From Balanoglossus misakiensis (lineage: Eukaryota > Animalia > Hemichordata): a stretch of DNA of 64,000 bases. The translations under genes and the position numbers were made by a program. The stretch is from NCBI GenBank assembly GCA_040954595.2, contig CM082584.2, forward strand, positions 9,505,061 through 9,569,060, read 5' to 3'. The notes under the pieces were generated by a model, which was not told the origin of the DNA, ran no database searches, and saw only the letters and a list, made by a program, of their open reading frames with translations. Positions 1 through 13,234 of this stretch are shown here, piece after piece (the first letter of the stretch is position 1; every line of letters begins with the position of its first letter).

Positions 1-735
1 GCACGACGGAGACATCACTGCTATACGTCTAGGCGCGGTCTATAGACAAAAAACCTGCATTTAAATTCACGTGCACTTTGAGTTCTCTCCACTTGTCTGA
101 TCGTATTTTCCCATGAAAAGCACTTTCAATATTTAAATTCATGAAATACAGTTAACATAACATTTTTTTCAAACTCTTACTGCAGTGAGCTGTCGACCTT
201 TTATCTAGAAAGCAATTATTATAATGTAATGTGACCCCCATCACTTTTCTCCCCCCCCCCCCTGTTTTCCAGAAGAATCAATCGAACGTGACGCAAAAAA
301 ATCATCATTAGCAGTAATGGGCACAGTTTTGTGATGGCCTCTCCTCGAAAATATAACCATTAAAGACGCCCGGTGTCGTTCAAAGAAAGGGTCAAGCTCA
401 CGACATGACAAATGCCATTGTGAGTGTCAGTACGCATCCGGTATAGTGGCAACAAGTCCGGGTAATCTTTACTCTGTCAACAGCATAGCCACAATGTCCT
501 TTATTTGTGCGTCGTTATCGGGATGGAAGGCTCGTGTTTCATATATTTAAATACTGTGGAGTAAAAGAAGAAGAAGTCCCTCATGTTACAATTTAGTAAT
601 GAGCAATTTGGTAATTGAGCAAAAACAAGGCCTATGAGATTTTGGTTTCCAAGGTTACCATTTTCAATGATTTGCATTTTACATCTAGTGAAATAATGAG
701 CAGTACAATTTGTTGAGGCGGATGTAATATAGACC

Positions 736-832
<97 letters not shown>
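736..832. repeat. (TAGA)n microsatellite
   Basis: Perfect tandem array. Confidence 0.99.
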
Positions 833-934
833 TCGTTCGAGGGCGCTTGACAAAGTAAGGAAGGGGCGCCACATGCGGCGACTTCGAGAGAAAGATAGTT
901 CGTTTTCTGAAAATGTGGAAAAAGTGTGTGACAA

Positions 935-935
935 T

Positions 936-990
<55 letters not shown>

Positions 991-1070
991 CAGAGAGAGA
1001 GAGGGGGGAGACAGAGAGAGAGAGTGAGAGAGAGGAGACAGAGAGAGACAGACAGAGGGGAAGAGAGAAC
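935..1070. repeat. (TG)n followed by (GA)n / GA-rich low-complexity tract
   Basis: Seen directly. Confidence 0.98.
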
Positions 1071-1135
1071 ACACAAGAAAATTTGTCTGTTTTCTTGTTT
1101 TTATTTTCTAAGCCGCATACAGTTTCAGTTTTAAT
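960..1135 (+). promoter_or_regulatory. Putative distal promoter: GA-repeat block followed by initiator-like TCAGTT (1125-1130)
   Basis: Motifs seen directly; lies upstream of the candidate first exon ending at 1517. Confidence 0.4.
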
Positions 1136-1475
1136 GGTGCAACTCTTTCGTTCGTCGCTCGCCCGTGCTTTGTTCAGACAGTAAGTTGACACTGATCAAT
1201 GTGTTTGCAGAAAACACAAAGGCCCCGGGATCGTATTTTAACTCCAAGTAGGGGCTACGTACTAGAAGGGGTGTATCACAGCGAATGCGGAGAGAACTGT
1301 TTGTATACACATCTGAATCTTTGCAGGACTCGAAACGAGGAGAGAAATCGCCTCGCACAGGGTGTTGGGCCACACAACTTGAACACTTAAAAGTGTGCAT
1401 TATCGCTTGCGCTGAGAGCTGAAAGGGACGCCTTGACCTTACACTTTGAACGGGCAGACTACACCAGACGTCAGA

Positions 1476-1517
1476 ATGACGATACGGGGAGAGGGCTGGG
1501 ACGCCAGTCTTTTCGAG
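1476..1517 (+). CDS. ptc: Putative distal first coding exon of ptc (MTIRGEGWDASLFE, phase 0)
   Basis: ATG with A at -3, 14 codons, then GAG|gtaaag donor. Phase 0 matches the acceptor at 25259|25260. Lies downstream of a GA-repeat block and a TCAGTT initiator-like motif. No homology support for the peptide. Confidence 0.5.
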
Positions 1518-3112
1518 GTAAAGTCACATGCCATGTAAAATGGCTAATTATCTGACTGTTTAATAGTGGCGATTTCGAATTCGACAGGTCAACTTTTGCA
1601 TCATCGGACGCTTGAGGGCGTCAGACTCGTTGCTGAAGAAGAGCGTGTCAGTTGTAATACTAAATAGAAATGGCCATGGTGCATGCCCGCAGCAACGTTG
1701 TTCCGCTGTTCATCTCGTTCTCAGGGACAGACGAACACATTTTATGCATTAACCTCCCCGCCTTGTTTTTCGCGTCTCGGAATGCGTAAACTTTGGGCAA
1801 CGGGGAAATGAAACCACTCTCGCGGAGAGGCGCGTGTTGTTTTCGCTGAAAACCGAGCCCCGGTTACAAAGGAGTGGACGAAACGGCCACATGCACTTGT
1901 GTGCACCACTCCTTTTCTTGTCGTGCCATTCAATAGCCTCGTTCACAAATGCACCACCGGAAAAAAAATCCGCGAGGGGAGCTCTCCAGCCAACACCACT
2001 CTCGGTGGATTTCGTGCCGAGGACAAATGCTACTGGTACCAGACACCGTGGAATTCGACAATTGTATCCCCCACCAGAAGTGGCCGCACTTCACAAACAT
2101 GGTTTACTGCCAAATAGCATGAAAATACCCATTAAGGTGTAAGCCCCTATTATTGCTGTTCCCAGACGCTATGGTCGTCGCTATTTGCTATATTCTACTG
2201 CAGCATCAAATTGGTTGAATTTTGCGAAAGATATTGATCTCACAGTCATCTGAATATCCTATGAGATTTTCATATGGTCATGTGAATGTTCAATGCACAC
2301 AGGCTGAGCTGAAGTCTTGTACATGTATCTAGAGATTGATTGACATTTCAGTCTCCCATCACGACGATGACAACATATTGCATGTGTTGGGGGGCAAAGG
2401 ACCCGTCGGATGATTGACATCTGTTTTGATCCAGTTTATCCCATTAGCGTTAACGAACCCACCTGCCTCTACGGCTGCGCGCCTTTCCTAATTGAACGCT
2501 ACATACAGTAAATGCGTCCCAAGGAGAGGGAGCCTTCTGCTACCCGCCACCTCAGGGACGAGTCTCAGATGTGACGACAAACGGTCTCTCCTGAATTCAA
2601 TTCGAGTCGCTCCGCGATATACAAACGCGCCGCTGTCACTGCCACCTTTCCGAGCGATTGCATTCTCAGAGGAGATAGTGTCAACAAATTGCTAGGTGTA
2701 ATTTCGCGGCGAAAGAGGCACCTGACGTTCACATAACAAACCAGTCAGTGACGCACACACAGGTGGAACAACCCCATAACATGCATTGGGCACGACTTGA
2801 TTACATAAGACCTCGAGGTAGATCTGGACTCACTCACTTCACTGAAGCGATAAACAGCTCCTTCCTCCCATGGAGAGGACCTCCTTTCTTCTGTGTTGTG
2901 CGACTTTGATGAGTTCAGGCAATTACGCGTGTAATTAAGTGGGATTCTGAATCCTCTAAAATAGTCACTTAGCCGGAATTTATGCCCACTTGGGTTTGAC
3001 ATAACATGTTTGTAGATTCTTTATCTCGCTCACGTTGATCAGAGTGGACGTGCCCACAGATTTTTTTGTTGCGTTTCTTATGCGTGGGTATACGTACGTT
3101 TATAAGCGGTCG

Positions 3113-3193
3113 GTGAATGAGTGAATAGTAGATGGACAGATGGATGAAATGAATGAATGAACGAACGAACGAACGAATGAATGAATGAATGAA
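3113..3193. repeat. Imperfect (GAAT)n/(GAAC)n microsatellite
   Basis: Seen directly. Confidence 0.9.
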
Positions 3194-3493
3194 GTTTTAT
3201 GCATGGAGGCACAAAGTTGAGTTCCCCGGGTGAACGGCAATAATTCACAGTCTGACCGCCACAAGTGAGTGAAATTGTCCAGAACGTTCACGGCTCGTTA
3301 ACAGAAAATATGCAATGTCCATTCACAAATAGTATTGCACAATAATAAACATAACACATTTCTAGGTTTAAATAAATTTAGCATGAACAATACTGCACGC
3401 CCACAAAACTTGTAAATATGCCTTATGATTATTTCCTAAACAATATACTTAGCAACAGCAGTGTGTGCTTGAGTCCCCCTCCTCTCTCTTCCC

Positions 3494-3600
3494 CACCCTC
3501 TCAAGCTCTCTCTCTCTCACTCCCACCCTCTTCAAGTTCTCAAGCTCTCTCTCTCTCTCACTCCCACCCTCTTCAAGTTCTCAAGCTCTCTCTCTCGAGC
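3494..3600. repeat. CT-rich minisatellite, ~40 bp unit (ctcaagctctctctctctcactcccaccctcttcaagtt), about 2.5 copies
   Basis: Seen directly. Confidence 0.9.
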
Positions 3601-6546
3601 TCTCTCAGCTCCCTCCCTCCACTCTTGTTTGCGTTTCATATTCCATATATCCCGTCGCAACTATTACGACTTCGACTTTTATGTCTGTTTGTCGCTGCCA
3701 AGCAACGGCATGTTTGACATCATCACCAGTTTGTGTGAGACCAAGAGCGGCGTCCACTTTGTGTGTGGATGCCGCCTTCTTAATGTCCTGGTCCCATTTT
3801 CACTGCAGTCTTGTCTCAAGATTTAAATTGTTATCATTTGTAAAGTTTGTGTCGTAAAAGTGTGCGTTTTTAAACAGAGCATTTACAATACATACGTCAG
3901 GAGACGAACAAGGAACGGCAAGGAAAGAGTCGCGTGATCACGCTGAGGAAATTCGTCTCACACAAACGAAACAAATTTTAATACGCGGAGAAACATTCCT
4001 CGTGTAACCACAAGACAGCGGCGAACGAAATTTAATATCACCATAAGTAAAGATTAATGCAGCTTTTTATGATACTATCGCCAATCTACGTTATTGCTAA
4101 TTAGACCGCCCGGGCCCGTGTAACTCGCACGCGCGATCACTGTTCAATGCGCGGCTTGAATACATTTGTGTCTTCACACGTAATCGGATGCATTTGGGAA
4201 GGGTGCGTCCAACCTCGCCCAGAGTGCGCGTGCATACTCATGATACTGTCGCCACTGACTTGGCCTTGTCAACGGAGCTAATAAAAGCCCGAGCGAAATC
4301 CTTCGAATCTGAAGGAGACGCGAAATTGCGTGTATCATCCGTTAAAATCTATACTTAGCATCCCGCAGTATAACTCAGATGTAGTCATCGCCTTCCCATC
4401 TCCATTCATCTAAATATTTATTCTCCGCTCCGCCATTTATTTGCTTTGTAAAGGTTTTAGTCCCGTGCTTTTACATGGAAGGTCGCCGTTGTGTACGTTT
4501 CGCCTGGAATTTTTCCACCCGAATTCTTTTATTTTGTTTTCTGCTGATGCTGATGGCTTGATCAGCGCTCCGCCACACACGAAGACCGCAAAACGCTGTA
4601 CATGTAATATTTGCTCCTTAATGAAGTTGATATCGCTATGTCCGCAATTTCTGCGTCCATATGGTGGCGCGAGAAGGCCACATCATACTTGCCTCCGTGA
4701 ATATCGGTGATAAAGCATCACTCTGCACGAGGAGTTATGCACATAAAAATATAAAATCCTTTTTATTTCTTGTCAGGGTAATTTAGAGCACACACGCCTC
4801 GTCTGCGTTTTAATTTCTTCACAAAAACAACTACGTATCTCTGACAAGTCAGTTTCTGAGTGTTCAAGTGCAGTATCTCGCTTTCTTAACAAAACGCGAT
4901 GACGAACAGAAATATCTGATCTAAATGTGTCTCGACTAAAAGGGTCGACTTATAGCATAGGGAAACGGGTCTGTGCTTTCATTCTTGAGCACGACATCGA
5001 ATAACGGGGGGATATTCTGTCAAATGCACGACAATCGCAAGTTAGGAATTTATCAGTTTTTGACACTTGAGGGTCGCATTAATCCAGCTTTTTAATGAAA
5101 ACATTTTGACGGTGTGAAAGCAATCTGATAACAACGCCCTCAGTGGTCAAAAACAGCGATAGTATAAAAAAAACTTTCTCCTTTTATAATAGACATTTGA
5201 AAATGGCGTTGTTGCGGTTTGCGGTACACTTCTCTCTGCCACCAACGCTTTAGTGTTTTCCTATAGTAGTATAAACGCGTTTATGTCAGCATGAAATTTA
5301 AACAAGATAAACAAGATATGAAATAATGTTTTAAGAGATATAAGCACGACTGCCCGCCTTGCATCCGCCATTCATCATCCCGGTCACGTGACATGTAAAA
5401 CTATAAGCTTCTTGTACATTAAAGGCAATACCATTATCCCAGTGGGTATTCCAATGGCACACCTGGACAGGTTACTCATAGACATTCGAAGAGTTTACAT
5501 AGATTCGTTTATAAATGCAGTGAAAAGAATAGCTCTTTGGCAAAAGACATAATATTCCCTTTTTGAGTCACTGTGATACAGGCTTGTTAGTGTGTTCGTA
5601 ACCTAGAATCTACCAAATTCAGGTTTGCAGAAAACCGAAGACAAACGGCTAGGTTCTCGACTAGTGTGTTTAAGCCATGCCAGTTTGGGTGGCTAAGTGT
5701 GGGATGGCCAGATTCTAGCAAGAAATGCAACTCCTTTTAATTCGGACCCTTCTTTATCCGTCAGAGACATGCATCAGACGTTTGTTTGGACTTCTCGTTC
5801 CCCGCGACACTGTCTGAACCAACCTCTTCCATTTGAGGCAGACTGCAGGATCAACATGACTTTTCTTTCAAGAAAACATGCCTACTTGATCTGGCTCGCG
5901 CGTAAAGTGCCCAGGGCCATATTTGCCTCTGCGCCAAAAGAGGCTCAGTCGCTTTTCATGCTGCGAGATGCCGCGGCGGCCGCGCGTACCCTGGCCCTTT
6001 CTGCAGCCGGCTCTCTGTACACTCCCAGCTCGCGCCTGGCTTAATCTGAAGCGACAGATTGCCACGGAGAAGGGTTATTGGAGAGTGGCGCTGACGCCAG
6101 GGCCATTTGCGTACCCACCATACACAAGAAGTTCCCTGGCATCGGCATTAACATGCATATCGAGCTTGAAAAAAAGGATAGAATGTTTGTAAAAAGCCTA
6201 TCTCGGGGGACTGAATGTACTCCAATGCGAGAACACTGAATCTCCTGGGCACCTGGCAGGAAATCGAATTCCCCGCAGCTTAATTTTAAGCCCTGTCTCC
6301 ATTTTAATGCCTACTTGAGTATATAAATTGTAAGCTTACATTATTTTCTATGTCCTGTACTCCCCTGTTCGCGATTGTATATGCTCATAGAGCTATGTGT
6401 GGGAGTTACCTTAAGTGAATATATCGTATATAAGTTCTTATATCAGACGCCCAGTAAGTGGTCTACAAGTTTAATTCCTATATTTAACTTATGAACCCCG
6501 AGTGGAGCGTAGGTCCACCCAATCGATAGATACAGGTCGATCCATC

Positions 6547-6716
6547 ACTATACTGTACTGTACTGTACTGTACTGTACTGTACTGTACTGTACTGTACTG
6601 TACTGTACTGTACTGTACTGTACTGTACTGTACTGTACTATACTATACTATACTGTACTATACTATACTATACTATACTATACTATACTATACTATACTA
6701 TACTATACTATACTAT
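6547..6716. repeat. Compound pentanucleotide microsatellite, (TACTG)n grading into (TACTA)n
   Basis: Seen directly. Confidence 0.99.
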
Positions 6717-7134
6717 GGTCATTTTCCGATGAAACCATATTTTCGAAATATCACCGAGCTGGGAACATGTGAGAATTCTGCCCATCTGTTCAGCGCCAAA
6801 CCAAAACATAGAAGTTGTTCAACACATGATCTAAACAGTTTACACGATCTGCAACTATGCCGTTGGAGTATTTTGAAAACCGATCCGTCCCTCCCGTATC
6901 GAATCTGAGCCGGGATATGTGCGGAAGTGGTGAAAAGGCTTGAGAAGCACCCCCCCCCCCCCCCAAAAAAAAAAAAAAAAAAAAAAATCTTGGACAGCCG
7001 ACATCCGGGTATCTTGCACTCACAGCTCTGAGACTCCGTCATCGTCTCGCAGTGCTCACGTCCGCTCGGGGGAACACCAGATACATTTCTATTGTTTATA
7101 GAAAATTACCGTAATTATAAGCACATCATAGAGA

Positions 7135-7143
7135 GACCACCCA
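7135..7143 (+). promoter_or_regulatory. GLI/Ci consensus site GACCACCCA
   Basis: Exact consensus match; ptc is a canonical GLI target. Confidence 0.55.
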
Positions 7144-10100
7144 CTTCGTCTGCCTTGAGATCGACAAAAAATTTAATTGACCGAGGCAGCGTGTGTATTT
7201 CCAACGGGTGAAATGTAAGCGGAGACGGACGTGATGTGACGTGCAACGGGGCCGGCTGCGTTGCCATTCACGGCGCTGATTGTGTTTGTGCGATAGTGCT
7301 GGGGTTTTATTAAGAAAGAAAAAAAATAACACGCTGCTTGAGATATACGCACTAAAGTAGAAGAAAGTCTTGTGAAGGGGGGATAGAACGTGAAAAAAAA
7401 AACTCGTCGGCGACAGAAAGTTGTTAAATGTTGCTATAGCTGTGTACTGTAATTGAAGTCGATCACGGCATTAATGGAGCTTCAGAATCCGAGGTGTTGA
7501 CATGTGAAAATATTAGCTCACATGCATATAGTACAACTGATAGACACACATTTTTCTTTTAACACTGTGGGAAAGTTTTTGTTTCTGCCTTTCTGAATAT
7601 ATGCACGTAACACGTGCGTGCTCCTCACACGTAGTGGTCTCCCTTGAAGGTCTCTGACAGGCTAAGATAACAAATGTCTCCTCTCTGTCTCCCCCTCTCT
7701 TTCTCCATCTCTTCCCCCATCTATATCCCTCTCTGACTCTGCACCGCGCGAAAGTATTCCGTCAAAGCGGGCGGTTTGTCCGTCCGTCGCCCGTGCACCA
7801 CTCGCTAAATGTTGCGGGTCTGGACTTAACGAAGGCTTTGTGCGACAGCCATTCATTGAGATAATCGATAATTCCCACGGTGGGATATCCTTTCTTCCCT
7901 GATCAATAGAATGTCACACCGGGTGTCTCACCTGTGTCCCCGTTCTCGCTGCTGTTCCATACACCCATTTCCTACCATTAGCGTCCACAAAAAGCTTCTA
8001 AGGATTGGCCATGACTTGTTGAATACCAACGTGTATATCTTTATGTTTTTTGTTTCCAAGATGTCAGAGCTACCTCACCCAACCAGTTAAAAGTGAGCGT
8101 GGGGACATTTTACTCACCAGTAGTTCTGGACATTCGTTTAAAACGGAATGTTTTATAGTCCAGTGTATTAGGAACCCTACATGTACCATTTAAAATATCA
8201 CAACTGCAAAGATACGAAGGTGTGTCAGTAAAGGCAGCCGCCCGTATCTGATGCACTATTATTAAAGCAAACGTGATGGACGATGATACTGCCGCGTTTA
8301 GAAACACACTTCGTAACGGCGTCTTCCATTGTCATATATGTCCGTTGTTTGTTTGCGTCGTAAGATTGTTTGTTTTGCTAAGGTAATAGTCGAACGGTTC
8401 TCACTCGTCTTTTTTTTCATTCTACAAAGAAAAAGAAAACTGATAGTTTATATACATATATGGCCTATACATGCATATAAAGGATAACAGGAAAGTCCAG
8501 TCTGGTCTGGTCTCCCACCACTACTAGACACAAGATATGAAGTCTTCACACTTAAGATAAGCTAATCTGAGCTTTAAGGAAAGTGATAGGCAAACTTAAG
8601 CTTCTGGGCAGACTGTTCTTATCCCTACATACATGTGCCTATGGTATATAAATGCCTAGTTGTTTTATTTGTGCCGGGGCGTGTGTGTTCCATTCCGAAA
8701 GAGTTGGGATAAAACGGAGTAAACCCCAAGAAACAACTTATAGGCTTCTCTGAAATGAAACGGTTTTAGTACAACCGTGTGAATTCCCTCCCTCTCCCAT
8801 GGAGTTTACTTTAAACGCATGTTTTCTTCCGGATGAGAATCGCGTACATTTGGAGAGCTTCCTCCATCTCAGAACGCATCTGAGGGGGGAAATCAAAACA
8901 GATATTAACGAGCTTTTTGAATTAAAATGACCTCTGATCTTTTAATCGTAACTGTAAGCTACCTTTTACTCCCGATTCTCCAACCTTTTTGATTCAGAAT
9001 GCTTGTAAAGAGCGGCCCCTTGGTCGGTCAAATCTGTTTGCATAAACTGTGACAAAAGACTAATTCTTGTAAGTTGCTTCCTGTGTACACACTACCACAA
9101 ACATTCCCTTTCTGCTGGTTATTAGTCGAAAAAACAATTTATAACCAGCATATTGACCAAAGCGCCTGTTTTCTTCACTTTGTGCCCACAGGCAGGTATT
9201 TTTGAGCCACGGGGGTTAAGTCTGTGTCGGCAAGCAGCTGGGACACAAGCTTCTGGTTTTACACATTTGTACCACATTCATTTAGATTGGGGGGGGGGGG
9301 GGGGGTTAAATCTCCGTTATTTCTGAGCGTTTTAGCGAAGCGCTATAAAAAGCTCTTCCAGCTAGACACGTACGTACAACTCGTCGGTCCGCACATACGC
9401 CATAATTCTGAATCGACATAATTTGTGTGGCGACGGCGGCGGCGCGAAATCTACCGTCAAATATTGTTGCATGCCACACTCGTCGTCTGTCTCCCTTCTG
9501 TGCCCGAGGTCAGCGAGTTAAGTAAACATTCACAGAGCAAAACTCCCAGAGACGAGGACAGATTTGAGCGGAGACTGACACTGGGAAGAAGCGAAAACCG
9601 AAATGACTGACAGGTCATTTTAAAACGAAGCTTCTATGTGCTCCCAAATTGAACAGCTCCAACTGTTTAGGAAGGCGGCATTCGCATGTCGTAGCCTTTT
9701 ATTCTTTCAACTAATGCAAGCCGTGAACACCACCACGAGCATTTTAAGATCTCGAAATTAATCATAAATTTGCTCGATGTGGGATGATCTTCAGCAGCGG
9801 TGTCGCGTGCGCGAAGAATTCTCAACCGCGGTGATACAGTGTGGGTGTATAATGAGAGAGATGACAGTGCCCTGAATGATCGCGGATTGTTATGGCCAGG
9901 AATGCGCCGCGTTCGTGCATGAGAGTTCCCTTACACATCGGGTAATGACTTTAATTGAAGACAAACATTTGATACAGTGCCATCGCATCGCAAGATACGT
10001 TTCCATATTCGGCTAATCGCCGGACTAGATTGCGCTGCATTTGTGCGCGACCACCGCCTAGTGGTCAGTTTCTTTCATCTTACAACTTGAGAGAGCGCCG

Positions 10101-10799
10101 ATGAAAATAAAATATTCCGCGCCGATGACGACCCGTGCCTAGCTTCTCCGTGGTTTTCTCAAAACAAGATATAAATTCGCGATGACACAAAGGCGTGCAA
10201 CAACAAGCAAAGATCAGGGTGGCCAGTGCGCCTGTTTTCCGTGCAGCTGACCCTGTGATGTAGTACATCGTCCTGCGTATATACAAGTATCTCTTATGGA
10301 CAATGGGTAAAACAAGCACGTCTGCTCGGGTTAGCCGAGATCTCCCAAGTCGACGGGTCTGTGCGTGTCAATCAGCGGCTAAGAGCACAGATAAGAGGGC
10401 CTGGCTGGATCATGAGAAGACACTCATTTCAATACACACACCTACACTTAGAGACCTAAATGCTATTAGCGCAATGTCCCCGAAGCCTTGAGAAACCGCA
10501 CAGAGAGAATAAAAAACAATCGTCATCTTTTCCGCCTTTTGCGCTCGCTGTTCTTCGCACACTTCTCTCTGACGCCGGATAAGTTTTGTTTTGCTTTGTT
10601 TTGTCTTTCACGAAGCTTGTACATTTGGTGTCCATTTTTTTCGGTCTCCTCGGACGGAGAACTTAACGTCACAAGATTTGCGCCTTATCTCGATATCGCT
10701 TCTGTGAAAGAGAGTGGTTTTCCGACCCATTGAGCAATGCGCCCTGTATGTTCTTCTGATGTCCATGAAATAAATACATAAATAAATTGACAGATAGAT

Positions 10800-11090
10800 A
10801 TATGAAAAAAGATACATCATTAAATTTGGCGAGATGCCACGGGCTTCTGATATTTCTTCGTCTTTTTCCTGTGAAAAACACGAAGAAATCAAATATCTTT
10901 CTTCGGTATATCGATTCCGATACCAGAAAGACAAACGTTGAATTTGGCAGACGAGGTACTTTAATGGAAAGACTTGCATGTACGTGACATTTAGCAGATT
11001 GAAAATTCGAATCTCAAAAGCACACGAATTGTTATTTGAAAAAAAGAAAGCCTTGGCCACCAACCCCATGGGAAATGACAAGTTTACTCG
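10800..11090 (+). mobile_element. Decayed L1/Tx1-like ORF2 C-terminal fragment
   Basis: IIKFG...K.*IWQTR...F.RLKIRI...KKK.L..H.K* resembles ILFG...KY.IW..R...F...LK..I..E....KL..H..KW (recalled). Confidence 0.35.
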
Positions 11091-12449
11091 ACGTTTTCGG
11101 TGATTTAGGGGAGGTGGAGACATGACATTTTCAAAATAGAATTGCGTGCTGACAAACAACAGAATAAAGACCAAGGAATAAACGAATTCCTGACCCCATA
11201 TGGAAACCGGAATTGAAACAAGAATTGCGTGAATATCCATTTAATCGTATACTAATTGTTGGTTTGGCTTTTTTGTCCCTCTCTCCCTCTTTTTGTTTGT
11301 TATACAGCAGAAGGTCTTTGTGGTGAGTTGGTCTCTCACGCAGTTGGCAGCTCTGTCTTGAACACTTCAAGATCTAGACGCGTCCCTGTTTTCTTGCTAC
11401 GCGGAAAAGCGAATTCTGTCCTAATGAAACGGACAATTAAAACTCCCCGCAGATGCTGTTGTACGAACAGCTTCCCATGTGGTTTGCGCGGTGTTGGTGG
11501 CCGGGCAACCTGACGGGGGAAATCGAGCGGACCACCGGTCTTGCCTTCATCCGCCGTTACAAACTTCAGGTGAAGTGAAATTGTGCAATTTTCAGCGAAG
11601 CGCTATTTCATTAAAAAAAAGAGCGCAGATTTTTTCCCAGTGATCGCGTCTCTGTCGATGAGTGGGGTAAACAGGCAACTTGTCAGTGACAATTCATTTT
11701 TTCCCCAAATCAAATAAAGATCGGTGAAAGGATATCCACAGGCTGGACGAGTTTTCTTTCTCGGCTGTCAACACCTTTGGAAATATAAACCAAACAATAA
11801 TAACGTCCTGTGTTTATGTGAAAACAAGGTTGGCGAACGTCATCGGTGACTCGATATGTCACAGGAAGAAGTTGACGGCCTCGACCAATCAAAACGCGCA
11901 AAATAATGAAAACTGACAGCTGATTGGTTTATTGTTAGTCTTTAAACCTTCACTTAAGCTGTACTTATCACATTTAATCTCGGCACGTCGTGAGATGCCT
12001 TACGCGTCCGTCTCTCCGAGCACACGTTACAGCGCACACTCGAACGGTATCGCACAGGGGACCTGATCGGCCAATACACACGCACGTACACCACAGCGCG
12101 GGGAATAATGTTGGACAGCAACGGTAACGTAGCCCTGGTACTGGAGAAGATACAGAGTATATGGATAGCGTCGCAGACCTGGAGTTTGTTCCCAGGACCG
12201 CAGCAGGTGAACACCCTCCCCTTTTTTTCTTGCCTTCATTAGACTTTTTTCCTCCCCCATTTTCACAATGCAGTGGTGGCGACGGCGGCGCGTCAGATTT
12301 CTTGCGCTGTCTCTCGTTGTCAGAAAAGGCGAAGTCTCGTATTGGCATGTTAACAAGACACCCGGGTGGTCTCGCTGGCACTCTCCAAGGTCACGCCTAA
12401 CATTAACTCCCTGTAGGGTTCTTTTCTGAGCGGTCACGACACGCGAGGG

Positions 12450-12825
12450 AGTTGCCCTCTCGCCGTCTCATACACAAGTCAATGCTGTACACCGTCAAGT
12501 TCAATCCCCTATCAAAAGCGGATGCAATCTCTTTTATTGTGATATAAAGTTTCAACGACCTAGCCCGGCGCGAAAGGCCGGGAAAATAGCTTTTGTAAAG
12601 CAGGGTTAGACTGTAGCTGGCAATGTTTCCGTTCAGTGCGCCCGACGACACGGAGAAAGAGAACGAAGCAAACAGCAATTTTATTGGGCGCCAGATAGCA
12701 GAGAGCAAACTGATATAATTTATGTTATGTTCCGAGTCCGGGAGTATCGATGAAACGCATGTCAAAGTTCCGATAAGCAGGCCACAAAAACATGCGCGTT
12801 GCACCGTGTTACACATTTCCTCCAA
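12450..12825 (-). mobile_element. Decayed Penelope-like retroelement fragment (RT thumb region)
   Basis: NTVQRACFCGLL...SSILPDSEHNINYISLLSAIWR...SYSLTLLYK resembles the TSVYRK.TFTGL...SF.P.SYK.NLI..L..RA...GYP consensus (recalled). Confidence 0.4.
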
Positions 12826-13138
12826 TTAAGTTAATAACATTGCGTATATGGAGTGTGATTTAGAGATACAGTAAAAAAGACGTCAACGTCTGCTGACTAG
12901 TCTTGTTAGAAAAATGCAAGCCAGCGGGATGACCATTTACTACAGTATGCTTGCTTGCTTAGCCTTTCAGGCCTATAATGTCATGTATATGGTCGTTTTT
13001 AGGAGGGTGTGATTTTTGAGATGTGGAGTGGCCTTGTATTTGCCCGCCTATTCCTGGCCCACTGTTTGCTTGGCAGAGCCAAACATGGCAGAAACATTTG
13101 GCAAGATGCGGATAGACTGTAGAGAATAGCTGCCAGTA

Positions 13139-13234
13139 CTGTAGCTCGAGGTGTTGCCTAGGATTGTGTATGGGACGGCAAATTCAGCTTTCGCCGTCCA
13201 CACACAATACCAGGCAAAGCCTCGGTGACTATAG
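13139..13234. repeat. Imperfect inverted repeat / ~95 nt hairpin
   Basis: cgaggtgttgcctaggattgtgtatgggacggc pairs with gccgtccacacacaataccaggcaaagcctcg across a 13 nt loop. Confidence 0.85.

Noticed and set aside
632-1192. Several overlapping ORFs of 100-186 aa (IYLS, SL, TH, ER repeats)
   Set aside because: Translations of (TAGA)n, (TG)n and (GA)n microsatellites
3494-3600. Regularly spaced repeats resembling a CRISPR array
   Set aside because: Eukaryotic context, no unique spacers; simple CT-rich minisatellite
10608-11240. 210 aa minus-strand ORF, the longest in the track
   Set aside because: No recognisable domain; better explained as the antisense shadow of a decayed + strand LINE fragment
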